Source: a virus
Lineage: Duplodnaviria; Caudoviricetes
Virus record (IMG/VR): IMGVR_UViG_3300032227_000993
DNA length: 64,000 nucleotides
Reading direction: 5' to 3' (one strand)
This document shows positions 11,801-19,777 of the stretch, piece after piece (position 1 is the first letter of the stretch; the number at the start of each line of letters is the position of its first letter). Made by a program: the position numbers and the translations under genes. The notes beneath the pieces were generated by a model. That model searched no databases. It was given only the letters and a program-made list of their open reading frames with translations, and had not been told where the DNA came from.

Positions 11801-11836
11801 TGATACGCCTAAAATTCCGTTTAAATTAATTGACAT
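5804..11836 (-). CDS. Giant tail/hair fibre protein (2010 aa) with coiled-coil stalk and YadA-like head repeats
   Basis: GNVTG/GNITG beta repeats, [VL]AN[TL]xxx heptads, 27 tandem xAIAIGxxAG repeats. Confidence 0.85.
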   Translation of the reverse strand: MSINLNGILGVSATGNITGNYILGNGSQLTGITTGNVNLTAVTTNVIPASNVTLSLGNSTNQWKDLWVSNNTIYLNSIPVSLTANNDLLVNNVPVVLSSNTAAPQTANIATTANIIAGNVVVSNATPGAGITFADGTVQTTAAGASNYGNANVADYLTTYTGNLTAGQFSTAGNIVAGGNVTANYFIGNGSLLSNINAANINGAYGNANVEAYLPSSNTIIAINANVANTNSNLANLTLVTANNTNSISQLQISTTEGVNALANTNANVANTNSNVANLTTSLANTDSNVSNVASNVTTLQGQVYANANVSAYLGNANTTGNIYATNINVSNTVTATTFIGNFQGNISGNLVVPGSNTWVIYNNNGNAGSDIGFTYNAATQTATVGNTISAGNILTAGLVSATGNVTGNYFIGNGSQLTGLPASYGNANVEAYLPTSNIIIGINSNVANTNGNVANLAIAQGNTNSNVANIASNVTTLQGQVYTNANTQSFLGAGTNAIISTTGNITTTANISGAYLLGNGAFISGLPAGYSNADVAAYLPTYSGNISNLTVTGNLIATTQGNSDNSNLVATTSFVQNVVTAAGGYGNANVEAYLPTSNTIIGINSNVANTNGNVANLTTSLANTNANVANTNSNVANLTLSLANTNADLANVEIQGAALGNAIVSTNANVANTNSNVANLTTNLSTTNNNLANTNSNVANLTTSLANTNANVANTNSNVANLTTSLANTDSNVANVASNVTTLQGQVYTNSNVSTFLESGTTSNIVTTGNLVSSYLYGDGSNITGLPANYGNADVSLYLASGNDTAGFTTAGDISANNIIANESIGSLLDGYFGGSINVEANAVVIGNVIGGYFTGDGSNLTGMYGNTQVGAYLPTYTGNIQAGNALITGNLVVQGTTTTVDSNNVSINDLVFNVANNANAAIYANGAGFGVGPANAEYATFTWASATDTWTVSNNLSAVGNITGSYFLGNGSQLTGMYGNTEVGAYLPTYSGAIGGTLTTNAQPNITSLGNLSALAVSGAVNSATLGVSGNATIGNLVVTGNVTLPGNINQITGNQGSFFGDSFGFGALYAGISSGFANLPATVTQFSANYPDYAQLNFQNINSGSGASADYVATADNGTNTTYYVDLGIASSTYDGLSANALGTSVRANDAYLYTFGNGAGDNGGNLILGAGTSGKEVKVIAGGGSTANIVGVFANTGLTVTGLVSATGNVISGNITTAGLVSATGNVTGGNVRTGGLVSATGNVTGGNISAVGLVSATGNISGNYFIGNGALLTGLAGTPTSLTNGTSNVTVAANANITMGITGTQSFNLSNTTVTIGFQAASNSQSVNAIAIGREAGANTQGTQAIAIGYLAGNSSQGSGAVGIGWQAGLTTQGAQSVAVGQGAGATTQGASSIAIGWQAGLTSQGTQAVAIGRLAGNSSQGGNSVAIGLNAGANTQGINSIAIGREAAANTQGGAAVAIGYSAGNSTQGNFGIAVGYLAGGNTQGTTAVAIGFQAGTTTQSANAVAVGYNAGAITQGLYTVALGFNAGYASQAQNGIAIGTNAGGNTQASGAVAVGALAGNAAQGTQAVAMGYNAGATTQGLQSVAIGANAGAGTQGQNAVAIGFGAAGTSQGNTAIAIGQLAGATSQGLGAVAIGTTAARTASGTRAISIGDSAAFSGSGTGAIAMGYQTSYFGSGSGAIAIGYQACGTAGAQGTQSIAIGASAAGNTQGNSAVAIGTGAGLTTQGANAVAIGTSAGANVQGINSIAIGRFAGQTTQVANSIILNGSGTAVNASNSGFYAAPVRNDTGNVTNAVYYNTTTKELTYGAGGGGSANSISNGTSNVSISSSDGNITMSVANSTAATFSNASVFFNNVRSDSGNTTNQLFYNTTTKEFTYNPVTSAVTTFATSTVTSNAVNSYDCTSSQIFYVDISAATANWGVNLANLTISNSAVAVVTLLLDPGGASTPLYTPYDAFQINGANTAVRWTNGVQPPIIAGFINTLSYSILNNGGNLLVLGSSTDYT
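6539..7840 (-). repeat. 27 tandem ~48-bp (16-aa) YadA/Hep-Hag-like coding repeats
   Basis: Counted 26 units of 16 aa and one of 18 aa, consensus xAVAIGxxAGxxTQGx. Confidence 0.9.
9600..10030 (-). repeat. Tandem 21/42-bp coding repeats encoding ANTNSNVANLTTSL heptads (shorter copies near 10430-10520 and 10940-11180)
   Basis: Recurrent near-identical DNA blocks such as gtatttgctaaacttgttgtcaa; heptad periodicity. Confidence 0.85.
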
Positions 11837-11861
11837 TGCTTTTCCTGTTATTATTATTTAT

Positions 11862-12536
11862 TTATACTATACCCCAGTTGCCGTTGAGTGAGTCAACGAC
11901 TATTCCGTCTGGAATTGTTATGGGTCCTGCGCTCAAAGCATTGTAGCCTGGAGGAATTGTGTAATTTGCTGTTACTGTGTTGGCATTAAGAAACAAGGCA
12001 TTTTGTGCCACTACTAAATTGGCATCCACAGTATTGGTTACTGTAACGTTGCCAGCAACATCAACTCCGGTGGCATTTACTACAACAACATTACTAGTGC
12101 CATCTATGCTTACTGTAACATTGGCGTTGGCACCGGCAATATCAACATTGCTTGTACCATTAAAAATCCTATTGCTTGATACATTAATACCGGTTAAAAA
12201 AGCACCGTTACCTACGAAATAATTGCCTGTGACATTACCAGTTACAGCAACATTAGCGCCATCAAATGTAAAGTTAGTGGAGCCGCCAAATACGCCGTTG
12301 CCAGCATTAAACTGGACTGTGTTTGCTGATCCACCAGGAACGCCATTGCCTGATCCACCGCCGCCAACCAATATGCCGCCAGGTGTAGTGCCATCACTGA
12401 CATAGATAGCATTAGTTACAGGATCATACCAAAGGCGCTGTTCTTGTCCTACATAACTGGCCGAGTTGGCATTGTTATCTCTACTGGTAAAGAATCTTTG
12501 TATTGCTACTGGATCATTTGGAATATTGGCAGACAT
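11862..12536 (-). CDS. Fibre-associated virion protein
   Basis: PGGSANTVQFN and C-terminal NALSAGPITI...GNW modules shared with 47685..49208. Confidence 0.7.
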   Translation of the reverse strand: MSANIPNDPVAIQRFFTSRDNNANSASYVGQEQRLWYDPVTNAIYVSDGTTPGGILVGGGGSGNGVPGGSANTVQFNAGNGVFGGSTNFTFDGANVAVTGNVTGNYFVGNGAFLTGINVSSNRIFNGTSNVDIAGANANVTVSIDGTSNVVVVNATGVDVAGNVTVTNTVDANLVVAQNALFLNANTVTANYTIPPGYNALSAGPITIPDGIVVDSLNGNWGIV

Positions 12537-12547
12537 AAGGCTTCTCC

Positions 12548-12925
12548 TTAGTCATCCAACGGTTCGTCGTTAGTGAGTTCTTGTATCACTGCTGGATTAA
12601 GACCAGCGGCTCTACGTAAGGCAACAATTTCATCCTCTTTGATTGGAGTATCTGGAATTTCTTGTTCAGCGCCATAAGCATCTAATTCAGCTGTATGATC
12701 ATAAACATTGTCAACATCCACTGCTCGCTTGAGCAGTTCAATTTTTAACTGCAGCGGTGGAATCATAAGGCCATGGGGCTGTTCAGCTTCACCGCTAGGA
12801 TTGTCTACTTGGCCAGCGGCCTCAGGTTCTACCACAACTGCGGCTGGCTGTGCCTGGGTGTCTTGTCCGGTGCCATGCTGTTCGATTGTGTCGGCCAATG
12901 CTCTCAATATTTCTTCAAATCTCAT
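12548..12925 (-). CDS. Hypothetical acidic protein
   Basis: ORF tightly packed in operon. Confidence 0.6.
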   Translation of the reverse strand: MRFEEILRALADTIEQHGTGQDTQAQPAAVVVEPEAAGQVDNPSGEAEQPHGLMIPPLQLKIELLKRAVDVDNVYDHTAELDAYGAEQEIPDTPIKEDEIVALRRAAGLNPAVIQELTNDEPLDD

Positions 12926-12926
12926 T

Positions 12927-13460
12927 TTATCTTATCCCTGCGGCTGATTGTAATGCCTTGATAGCATCGTCTTCTTCGTAAATTACCTTGGTAGGTAAAC
13001 CAGCGGCCACACGCATTTCATTCATTGCTTCGTCGTGTGTCTCACGGTATGCTTTTGGCGATAGCGGTACCAATCGCTCAAATTCCTCTTGTGTAAAAGG
13101 TACTTGTTTGCCTTCGTAAATCATGGTCCAATCTTGTGGCTCAAACTCTGTTAAGGTGTTTAAATCTTCTAACAACTGTTGAACGTGTGCTCCGGCTGTG
13201 CTACGACGGCGAATTTCGACATAGACTAAAAAACGATTGGGTTTTATTTCACCTGGACTTTTGTCAGCATCAACCACAAAATCATAACCTTTTTCAAACC
13301 AGTTCATTAGGTCTTTGGCCGCTTGTCCATCACGAACAAAAAAGCTCACTACAATGATATCATCATCTTCGCCCATTTTGCTGGTAAATTCATCCACGTG
13401 AATTTCTGGTTTGAGCAATCCTTCTAGATCTTTGTATTGTAAGGTTTCAAATACAAGCAT
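12927..13460 (-). CDS. Hypothetical phage protein
   Basis: ORF tightly packed in operon. Confidence 0.65.
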   Translation of the reverse strand: MLVFETLQYKDLEGLLKPEIHVDEFTSKMGEDDDIIVVSFFVRDGQAAKDLMNWFEKGYDFVVDADKSPGEIKPNRFLVYVEIRRRSTAGAHVQQLLEDLNTLTEFEPQDWTMIYEGKQVPFTQEEFERLVPLSPKAYRETHDEAMNEMRVAAGLPTKVIYEEDDAIKALQSAAGIR

Positions 13461-13461
13461 A

Positions 13462-14061
13462 TTACATTCCTAACTTTTGTTCTGGTGCTGGCGCGGCATT
13501 GGTAGCCGGATCAGTAAGAGCATTGGCTCCTGGAGCTGCTGATGATTCAGTGTGACTATCATCATAGGCCGCATCTAAATCGCTTAGATCAACTTCTTGA
13601 TCTTCTAAATCAATACTGCCTGTACGAATGTCGCTCATCAAGCTCTTGGGCATAGAAATTTCAACCAACCAAATCTTCTTTTCAACAATGCGAGCTTTTT
13701 TAGTGCCCGGAATGTAATCAGATGGATCTTCAATTTTCATTGGGATTTTCATATTTGTGCGTTTGAATTTAACTTCACAATCAAACGGTAATAAACGAGT
13801 GCCGCCGCGAGGATCTGGCATTAGGTATTCTGGCCACATAAAAATGCAACTGACTTTGTATTTAGAAATAGTAGGACCCTGGACTAATTCACCAATGTCC
13901 CAATTTTTAAATGCGTAAACATCAAGCTGGTCTAGTACCCGCTCAAAATCAAGCAGAGTTAAAAGTGATCCCTCACTCATGTAGATGTTTTTGATGTTAT
14001 CACTAATCTGCCAGTAATCAGAATGATCTTTAAACAGTTCTTTATCGAAGTCTTTTGCCAT
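13462..14061 (-). CDS. Hypothetical phage protein
   Basis: Likely start ATG 14061, 7 nt after TAAATA. Confidence 0.65.
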   Translation of the reverse strand: MAKDFDKELFKDHSDYWQISDNIKNIYMSEGSLLTLLDFERVLDQLDVYAFKNWDIGELVQGPTISKYKVSCIFMWPEYLMPDPRGGTRLLPFDCEVKFKRTNMKIPMKIEDPSDYIPGTKKARIVEKKIWLVEISMPKSLMSDIRTGSIDLEDQEVDLSDLDAAYDDSHTESSAAPGANALTDPATNAAPAPEQKLGM

Positions 14062-14246
14062 GGTCAAGTATTTAGCCATATTAGCGCGATAGGGTTATTT
14101 TGATTTTTAGGGTATTACTGACACAGCTCTTTACTTAGCTGGTTAAAACAATAAATTACCGCCCATAAAACTTTATTTTTAACCCTGTAAATACTCTTGA
14201 CAGCACGAGGCTGTTGGAAGTAACTAACCCACTACACGGAGTATTA

Positions 14247-14981
14247 ATGAGTAGACATAAAGCAGTTAGTAAGACTCAAAAACGTCAAATGACAAATCAA
14301 GAAAACACAATACGCTTTGAAACAGCAAAACCAGTAAAACAGCGGCCCATTGATATTGTACCACGTACAAGGAATCAGGAACGCTTGGTATTGGCTCTGC
14401 AAGATAGTAGTCAGCATATTGTAGTGACAGCAGGACCAGCAGGAACCGGTAAAACTTATCTAGCAATGTTGGCTGCCGTACGAGCATTTAGAGCAGGAGA
14501 AGTAGACCGCATAGTACTAACACGCCCAGCGGTGGGTGTAGATGATGAGAAGCATGGCTTCTTACCAGGCGATTTAAACCAAAAGATGGATCCGTGGGTT
14601 CGCCCGCTAACAGACATACTGCGAGAGTATTATCGTCAGCAAGACATTGCTGCTATGATCGACGAGCAGAAAATTGAAATTGCGCCATTGGCATTTATGC
14701 GTGGCCGGACATTCAAAAACGCCTACATTATTGCTGACGAGATGCAAAATGCTACACCAGCACAATGTAAAATGCTAATGACCCGCATTGGGGAAAATAG
14801 TAAAATCGTCATCACTGGTGACGTGGAACAAACTGACCGTAACAAGGCTAACAATGGCCTGGCAGATTTATGCCAAAGATTGAAGGAAGGGGGTGTAAAA
14901 GGTATAGCAGTTTGCGATTTGGATAATCGCGACATACAGCGGCATAAGATTATTGATGCTGTGCTAGACCTTTACAGCTAG
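14247..14981 (+). CDS. phoH: PhoH-family ATPase
   Basis: GPAGTGKT Walker A, LTRPAV, GFLPGDL, APLAFMRGRTF, IADEMQN, ITGDVEQTD; RBS CGGAG before ATG 14247. Confidence 0.95.
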   Translation: MSRHKAVSKTQKRQMTNQENTIRFETAKPVKQRPIDIVPRTRNQERLVLALQDSSQHIVVTAGPAGTGKTYLAMLAAVRAFRAGEVDRIVLTRPAVGVDDEKHGFLPGDLNQKMDPWVRPLTDILREYYRQQDIAAMIDEQKIEIAPLAFMRGRTFKNAYIIADEMQNATPAQCKMLMTRIGENSKIVITGDVEQTDRNKANNGLADLCQRLKEGGVKGIAVCDLDNRDIQRHKIIDAVLDLYS

Positions 14982-15709
14982 CCTCTAACGGCTTTACGAA
15001 CTCGATCCGCTGTGAGTGTTTCTTCAAGTATTTGCTCATAGCGGCGTCGGTCGTATTCTAACTCGGGCAGTAGATAGCGATCTAAGAATTCTAAATGTAC
15101 GCTGCTCACTGGTTGTACTTCGCCCACATCTAACTCATTGAACTGACTGCCGTATCTAAAAGTAGACATAGGCTCCCAAATGTATTTAGAGGGATTTACC
15201 AAGTTATTTTTACTCCAAGATGAATCATAACTGAACAAATATTTGTATTTGGCACTATAATGTTCCAGCGCATAAGTTGTGGCCAATTGAGCCATTCTAC
15301 CACGAGTTTGATGCTGTTCCTCAAGTAGTAAATCATTATGTGTTTGAACCCACGCTAGTTCACTGGCACTACTGGCCCAAAAAGTTTTGTTTTTCCTGGT
15401 GGTAGCAAAGTTTCTACTGTATACTTTGTCTGTTTTTATGTCATCTATTAATTCTTGATTATCAAGATCCACTTGTAGATCTAATCGTGTACAGTTGGTC
15501 CATTGTATTACCCATAAGGTATCTTGTGGATTTGGTTCTTTTTCTAAGGCGTGTATCACCTGCGTGGCAATAAGTTCATTTCCAGAACCCATGGTTGATA
15601 GGTTGACCCACTCAATGTTTATTATCCGAGCCAGCAGTTCTGGCCACATAGGGTATATGTGATTACAGCCATAGCCGTCAGACACGGTGTACAGTTTTTT
15701 ATATCTCAT
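14978..15709 (-). CDS. Degenerate SGNH/GDSL-hydrolase-like protein
   Basis: LYTVSDG...WPELLA...NLSTMGSGNELI...VIQWTNCTR resembles SGNH blocks I-III; canonical GDS altered. Confidence 0.4.
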   Translation of the reverse strand: MRYKKLYTVSDGYGCNHIYPMWPELLARIINIEWVNLSTMGSGNELIATQVIHALEKEPNPQDTLWVIQWTNCTRLDLQVDLDNQELIDDIKTDKVYSRNFATTRKNKTFWASSASELAWVQTHNDLLLEEQHQTRGRMAQLATTYALEHYSAKYKYLFSYDSSWSKNNLVNPSKYIWEPMSTFRYGSQFNELDVGEVQPVSSVHLEFLDRYLLPELEYDRRRYEQILEETLTADRVRKAVRG

Positions 15710-16352
15710 GTGCTTCCTTAATTAAATCTTGATTGCGTTCCCGGTAGGTCATGACTGCTTGTTCAAATTGAGCACGGTCACCAGATAATCCCACAAAATG
15801 TTGGATAACATCAAAGATTTCACCGGGACGATCTAGTATTAAATCTGCCCATTCTATTTGTAAGTGTCGAGTATGTCGATAATTGGTCGCTGGCGGTCGA
15901 AATAGATAAAACTCTAATGATACTCCACTTTGTATTTTGGCCACAGCGGCTTTGGCGGCAAACTTTTGACTTACTGGATTATTCATGGTAATTTCTATCA
16001 AAGGTCTAGTATTAAGATATTGATCTATAAATTCAATGCTCATATCATTTGGATGAGCTAAAATAACATAATGATCGCCTTTAAACAAGTTTTTAGCTAC
16101 ATTGACTCTATATATTAATTCATCTGTATTTATACAAATACGGTAGTCATTTTTAAGAGCATGATTAAAAAAATCTCTGTAAACAGTTCGGCCTGTTTCT
16201 TTATGCTCTACTCTGGGTTTTGCTATTGAATCAATACTGTCAGTTAATGCGCTGGCTAGAAATTCGCCGGACAGGCCTGATGGGTACAGGATAATAAAGG
16301 CCGGTTGGCTATCTAACTCTTCGAGTGATGTAACATAATCTTTCCACGGCAT
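15699..16352 (-). CDS. Hypothetical protein, possibly sulfotransferase-like
   Basis: LYPSGLSGEFLAS loop and late IEWADL...IFDVIQHF pattern. Confidence 0.4.
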   Translation of the reverse strand: MPWKDYVTSLEELDSQPAFIILYPSGLSGEFLASALTDSIDSIAKPRVEHKETGRTVYRDFFNHALKNDYRICINTDELIYRVNVAKNLFKGDHYVILAHPNDMSIEFIDQYLNTRPLIEITMNNPVSQKFAAKAAVAKIQSGVSLEFYLFRPPATNYRHTRHLQIEWADLILDRPGEIFDVIQHFVGLSGDRAQFEQAVMTYRERNQDLIKEAHEI

Positions 16353-16366
16353 AACTAATCCTATTG

Positions 16367-16969
16367 TTAATTAGTTATCAATTCGTAGATATGCTTCCAA
16401 TTTTTTACAAGTGTAATATCAGGATGGTAATAAGTCATGTTGTGACCGTGTTCTAATAACAGACACTTTAAGCCGGCTTTGTATCCAGCTTCGGCATTTT
16501 CAATCTTGTCCTCAATCCAAAGACAACCGGTGCCTTCATACTCTTCAAGTGCCTCATCTTTAGGAGCTCCGGTATCTAAACACACAATACGTTCAAATGC
16601 TGTGTCGCCAAAAATTTTGTGTAAATTCATTTCACGCAATCTCTGTGCGTTGGGATCCAAACTAAGCGAGGTAATAGCATGGAATCTAAATCCGTGTTCT
16701 TCGTGTAGTCGCTTGATGTAGTAGGTAGCATCTCGCTGTGCTGGAAGGAATCCGATAGCGGCGCTTTCGTTAAAAATTCTAATAAGTTTGACCACTTGCT
16801 CACGAGTGATATTGTAGCGTATGCTCATATCGTAGTTTAACTTACTGCCTGGTACTTCTTCAAATCCGTGTTCTTGCATCCAGGTGTTAAATGCGTACTC
16901 CCAATCGAGCACACATCCGTCGATGTCAGTTAGGATAAGTTTTTTTAGGTTCTTGTATTTCGATTTCAT
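16367..16969 (-). CDS. HAD-family 5'(3')-deoxyribonucleotidase
   Basis: DIDGCVLDW motif I, ITS motif II, KDEAL, WIEDK motif IV. Confidence 0.8.
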   Translation of the reverse strand: MKSKYKNLKKLILTDIDGCVLDWEYAFNTWMQEHGFEEVPGSKLNYDMSIRYNITREQVVKLIRIFNESAAIGFLPAQRDATYYIKRLHEEHGFRFHAITSLSLDPNAQRLREMNLHKIFGDTAFERIVCLDTGAPKDEALEEYEGTGCLWIEDKIENAEAGYKAGLKCLLLEHGHNMTYYHPDITLVKNWKHIYELITN

Positions 16970-16975
16970 ATTACT

Positions 16976-17004
16976 ATTATACAATAATATGAATTTATTG
17001 TCAA
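16976..17004 (-). promoter_or_regulatory. Sigma70-type promoter
   Basis: TTGACA-N17-TATAAT; ATG 6 nt downstream. Confidence 0.85.
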
Positions 17005-17010
17005 CCTAGG

Positions 17011-17307
17011 TTAGTGGGCACTAACCTTGTCGGGTGGCGGCAACTCTTCGGGTAATTTGTGTCCATTTTCTTCAAACAAGCGTTCAAAGATGTTGGGGTA
17101 ATGTTCGTAGTAGGTACTAACCACATGGTCCCAATTTTTTGTAGCCACAGTATTGCCAACAGAACATTTTAGTACTTTGAGCTCTTTAAAATCCAAAATG
17201 ACATTTACTGTTTGCCAGTCTTTGGTTCGAACTTTATTGGCCACAATCATGGCTTCGTCAATCTTACCGTCGGGTTTGGTGTAATAAGTTAAAAACAAGT
17301 ATCTCAT
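17011..17307 (-). CDS. Hypothetical protein
   Basis: ORF overlapping the upstream stop (ATGA). Confidence 0.6.
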   Translation of the reverse strand: MRYLFLTYYTKPDGKIDEAMIVANKVRTKDWQTVNVILDFKELKVLKCSVGNTVATKNWDHVVSTYYEHYPNIFERLFEENGHKLPEELPPPDKVSAH

Positions 17308-18224
17308 AGTTGAGCCAATTCTGCCAGCGTTGCGCTGAGATTTATCTCTTGATCAGTCACTAGCGGTACATTGATAAGTCCGTTACGAATAATAATAATA
17401 GCTTGATCTTGTTTTATTTGGTCCTTGGCCCATAAATCCAAATTAGAATACATCCAAGTAAACATACTGTCCATGTCTTCTGTTGACGCTTGACTACAGA
17501 TAATTTTACGTGCTTCAGTAATTTTACCGGCTTTGAACAATGAGACTGCATCTAACTTCCAGTCTTTGACACTTTGATCATTTTCTCCAGGTTTGGCCAG
17601 TGTGCCTGTGGTACTATTGGCCTGTAGTAAATTTAAACATTTGCGCAGATCTGGATAGGTTGCTTTGACAAATGAGTCAAGCGTATCTATGTCAAACTCA
17701 ATTGCTTCGGTGAGCAGTACCTGTGCCACTCGGGCTGTAAATTCTGTGGTATCTGTTTTTTCTATGTGGAATCCTTGGCAACGACTATGTATTGCCGGCA
17801 TGATCTTGTTGGGATAGTTGCAAGTTAAAATAAAACGAACACTTTCAGAATAGTCTTCCATCAAGTTACGAAGTGCTGGCTGTACTGAAGTAGGGTTCAT
17901 GTAGTCGGCTTCGTCGATCAACACTACTTTAAATCGACCAAATGGCATGGTTTGACAAAAGCTGATCAGCTTGTCAACCCATTCAACTTTTCTGGCTTCT
18001 TTACTACCGTTGGCCGACATTACATCATACTCGTCTACACCAAGTTCGTTAATTAGCAATTTTGCCAGGGTAGTTTTGCCTGTGCCTGGACTGCCGGACA
18101 ATAGCAAATGTGGAATACTGCCTTGTTTGATCCACGTGGTTACTTGTTGTCGCTGACTGTCATCTGTAAACACATAGCCATCTACTGTGTTAGGGCGATA
18201 TGCTTCAGTCCATAGTTTTTTCAT
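17304..18224 (-). CDS. Sliding-clamp loader subunit (RFC/T4 gp44-like AAA+ ATPase)
   Basis: LWTEAYRP, GSPGTGKTT, IDEAD, FILTCNYPNKIMPAIHSRC, YPDLRK. Confidence 0.93.
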   Translation of the reverse strand: MKKLWTEAYRPNTVDGYVFTDDSQRQQVTTWIKQGSIPHLLLSGSPGTGKTTLAKLLINELGVDEYDVMSANGSKEARKVEWVDKLISFCQTMPFGRFKVVLIDEADYMNPTSVQPALRNLMEDYSESVRFILTCNYPNKIMPAIHSRCQGFHIEKTDTTEFTARVAQVLLTEAIEFDIDTLDSFVKATYPDLRKCLNLLQANSTTGTLAKPGENDQSVKDWKLDAVSLFKAGKITEARKIICSQASTEDMDSMFTWMYSNLDLWAKDQIKQDQAIIIIRNGLINVPLVTDQEINLSATLAELAQL

Positions 18225-18451
18225 TATTTTGCCTTGTAAGTTACTTTTATTCCGTTGTATGGAGCTTCGGTTGAATCGGTTGTTTCTAATAATTTTGTTT
18301 TAAACTTTTCTGCTAGATCGTGCGGCAAGCCCATAGTTTTCCAAATTTCGTTTGTTTCTTCATCATAGATATCAACCCATACAAAGTCATTTGTAACTCT
18401 AAAAACTGCAGTTTTGTTTCCAGCACCATCGATAAGTGTACAGTCGTTCAT
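18224..18451 (-). CDS. Hypothetical protein
   Basis: Translationally coupled ORF. Confidence 0.55.
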   Translation of the reverse strand: MNDCTLIDGAGNKTAVFRVTNDFVWVDIYDEETNEIWKTMGLPHDLAEKFKTKLLETTDSTEAPYNGIKVTYKAK

Positions 18452-18648
18452 TCTTTACCTTTGAGAGTTTCCTTGTCATATTTAGATACAAGTCGTTCTT
18501 CATTGTACACGTTTAAGTCGTTGTCGTCAATTGTTTTGGATGGTTGTGTTTTGCCAAAGATTTTAGCCCAGTTGGATTCAACTTGATCGTTGGGCACTAG
18601 ATTAGGTCTGCGACCGTAACCTTTACCGCCGTCCCCACTTAATGCCAT
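18448..18648 (-). CDS. Small phage protein (GGKG..RP..NW..IFGK type)
   Basis: Coupled ORF; motif familiar from large phages. Confidence 0.55.
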   Translation of the reverse strand: MALSGDGGKGYGRRPNLVPNDQVESNWAKIFGKTQPSKTIDDNDLNVYNEERLVSKYDKETLKGKE

Positions 18649-18833
18649 TACACCAACTCCTGACCGATCCCTAATAATTCAGCGATGACCAGCAGCCCAG
18701 CGGCCAATTGTATTTCATAATATGCTAGTGCTACGCAGGCAGCAATTCGAAAACCACTTTTTAAAAACACAATGGCTCTGTGTTTGATTGGATTTGATTG
18801 TGTCTGTAGTTTGCTTGGTCTAGTTAAGCCCAT
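18648..18833 (-). CDS. Small membrane protein
   Basis: Hydrophobic C-terminal half; coupled ORF. Confidence 0.5.
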   Translation of the reverse strand: MGLTRPSKLQTQSNPIKHRAIVFLKSGFRIAACVALAYYEIQLAAGLLVIAELLGIGQELV

Positions 18834-18854
18834 GATTAATTCCTTTAAAATGTA

Positions 18855-19259
18855 TTACATTGATTGTTTTTCAATGTGCAGTGCGGTTGAGAATGTTTCG
18901 TCCTCAGGACGAGCAGTTGGATCGTCTGATACCAATAAGATATCTTTTGGATCAATTTTACGAACTGTTTGCGGGCCGTTTTCATCTTCGATTTCTAAGC
19001 CGCGTGTCCAACGTCCGTGGGCAACCATGATCCAGTCGCCAGGTTTGACATTGTGTTGTTCAGGGCCAACAGCATACACACGGCCCCAGCGTGGGCGAAT
19101 ACCAGAGCCCTTGCCGTTGTCGTTTAGCAGCACAATACCACCATTAGTAATACGTTGATCAAACAGCATATCGTGTACAATAACATGGTCATGTATTGCT
19201 TGGAATTTTTCACGAGAAATCTTGTGCGGGGTGTACATTGTTTTTGTAGCAGTTGTCAT
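18855..19259 (-). CDS. groES: GroES-like co-chaperonin (gp31-like; no groEL in window)
   Basis: HDHVIV, mobile loop RITNGGIVL, GRVYAVGP, VKPGDWIMV, KDILLV. Confidence 0.8.
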   Translation of the reverse strand: MTTATKTMYTPHKISREKFQAIHDHVIVHDMLFDQRITNGGIVLLNDNGKGSGIRPRWGRVYAVGPEQHNVKPGDWIMVAHGRWTRGLEIEDENGPQTVRKIDPKDILLVSDDPTARPEDETFSTALHIEKQSM

Positions 19260-19267
19260 AGCGTCTC

Positions 19268-19750
19268 TTAGAGTTTACGAACGCCTTGAGCTTGTGCTCG
19301 TTCGCGTGGTGTTAGATCTAGTGTTTGTTTAACAGTTTTGGCTTTGGCCAAGGCTGCAGCCAATCCACCAGCTGGTATGGCTGATTGATCAATGGTCAAG
19401 TCCACCGGAGCCGGTGCGGCGGCAACAGCTATTTCGGGAACTGCGATATCCACGGGATTTTCTACCACAGGTTGATCAAACAGGATTTCTTCTTCTGGCT
19501 GTGCCACTCGTGATTGCTTGGCAGTCACGGTACTGGTATGTATAGGAGCATCCGACATATTGCTTTGACGTTGAACTTGGCGTTGAACTTGTCGGTTGCG
19601 ACTGTCAATCACTTTGTTTGCGCCGTCAAGGCGGTCTCCGCGGGCATTGACATTCATGTTGCCTACTGCGCGAACCATTTCATTTTGTAATGTAATTGAA
19701 CCCATGTCAACTATTTTACCCTGTGCTGTTCGGTACACTTTACTGGTCAT
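19268..19750 (-). CDS. Hypothetical phage protein
   Basis: ORF in operon. Confidence 0.6.
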   Translation of the reverse strand: MTSKVYRTAQGKIVDMGSITLQNEMVRAVGNMNVNARGDRLDGANKVIDSRNRQVQRQVQRQSNMSDAPIHTSTVTAKQSRVAQPEEEILFDQPVVENPVDIAVPEIAVAAAPAPVDLTIDQSAIPAGGLAAALAKAKTVKQTLDLTPRERAQAQGVRKL

Positions 19751-19777
19751 TTTATCTCTCCTGAGGTCTACTGGTAT

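Noticed and set aside
5804-11836. High density of N-x-S/T sequons suggesting N-glycosylated fibres
   Set aside because: A hand count in the first ~125 aa gave about 7 of 23 Asn, close to expectation from the high Ser/Thr content; GNVT/GNIT motifs are explained by beta-repeat structure.
14185-14203. Pho box upstream of phoH (CTGTAAA-TACT-CTTGACA)
   Set aside because: The second unit matches poorly, and the sequence is better explained by a TAAATA late-promoter hexamer.
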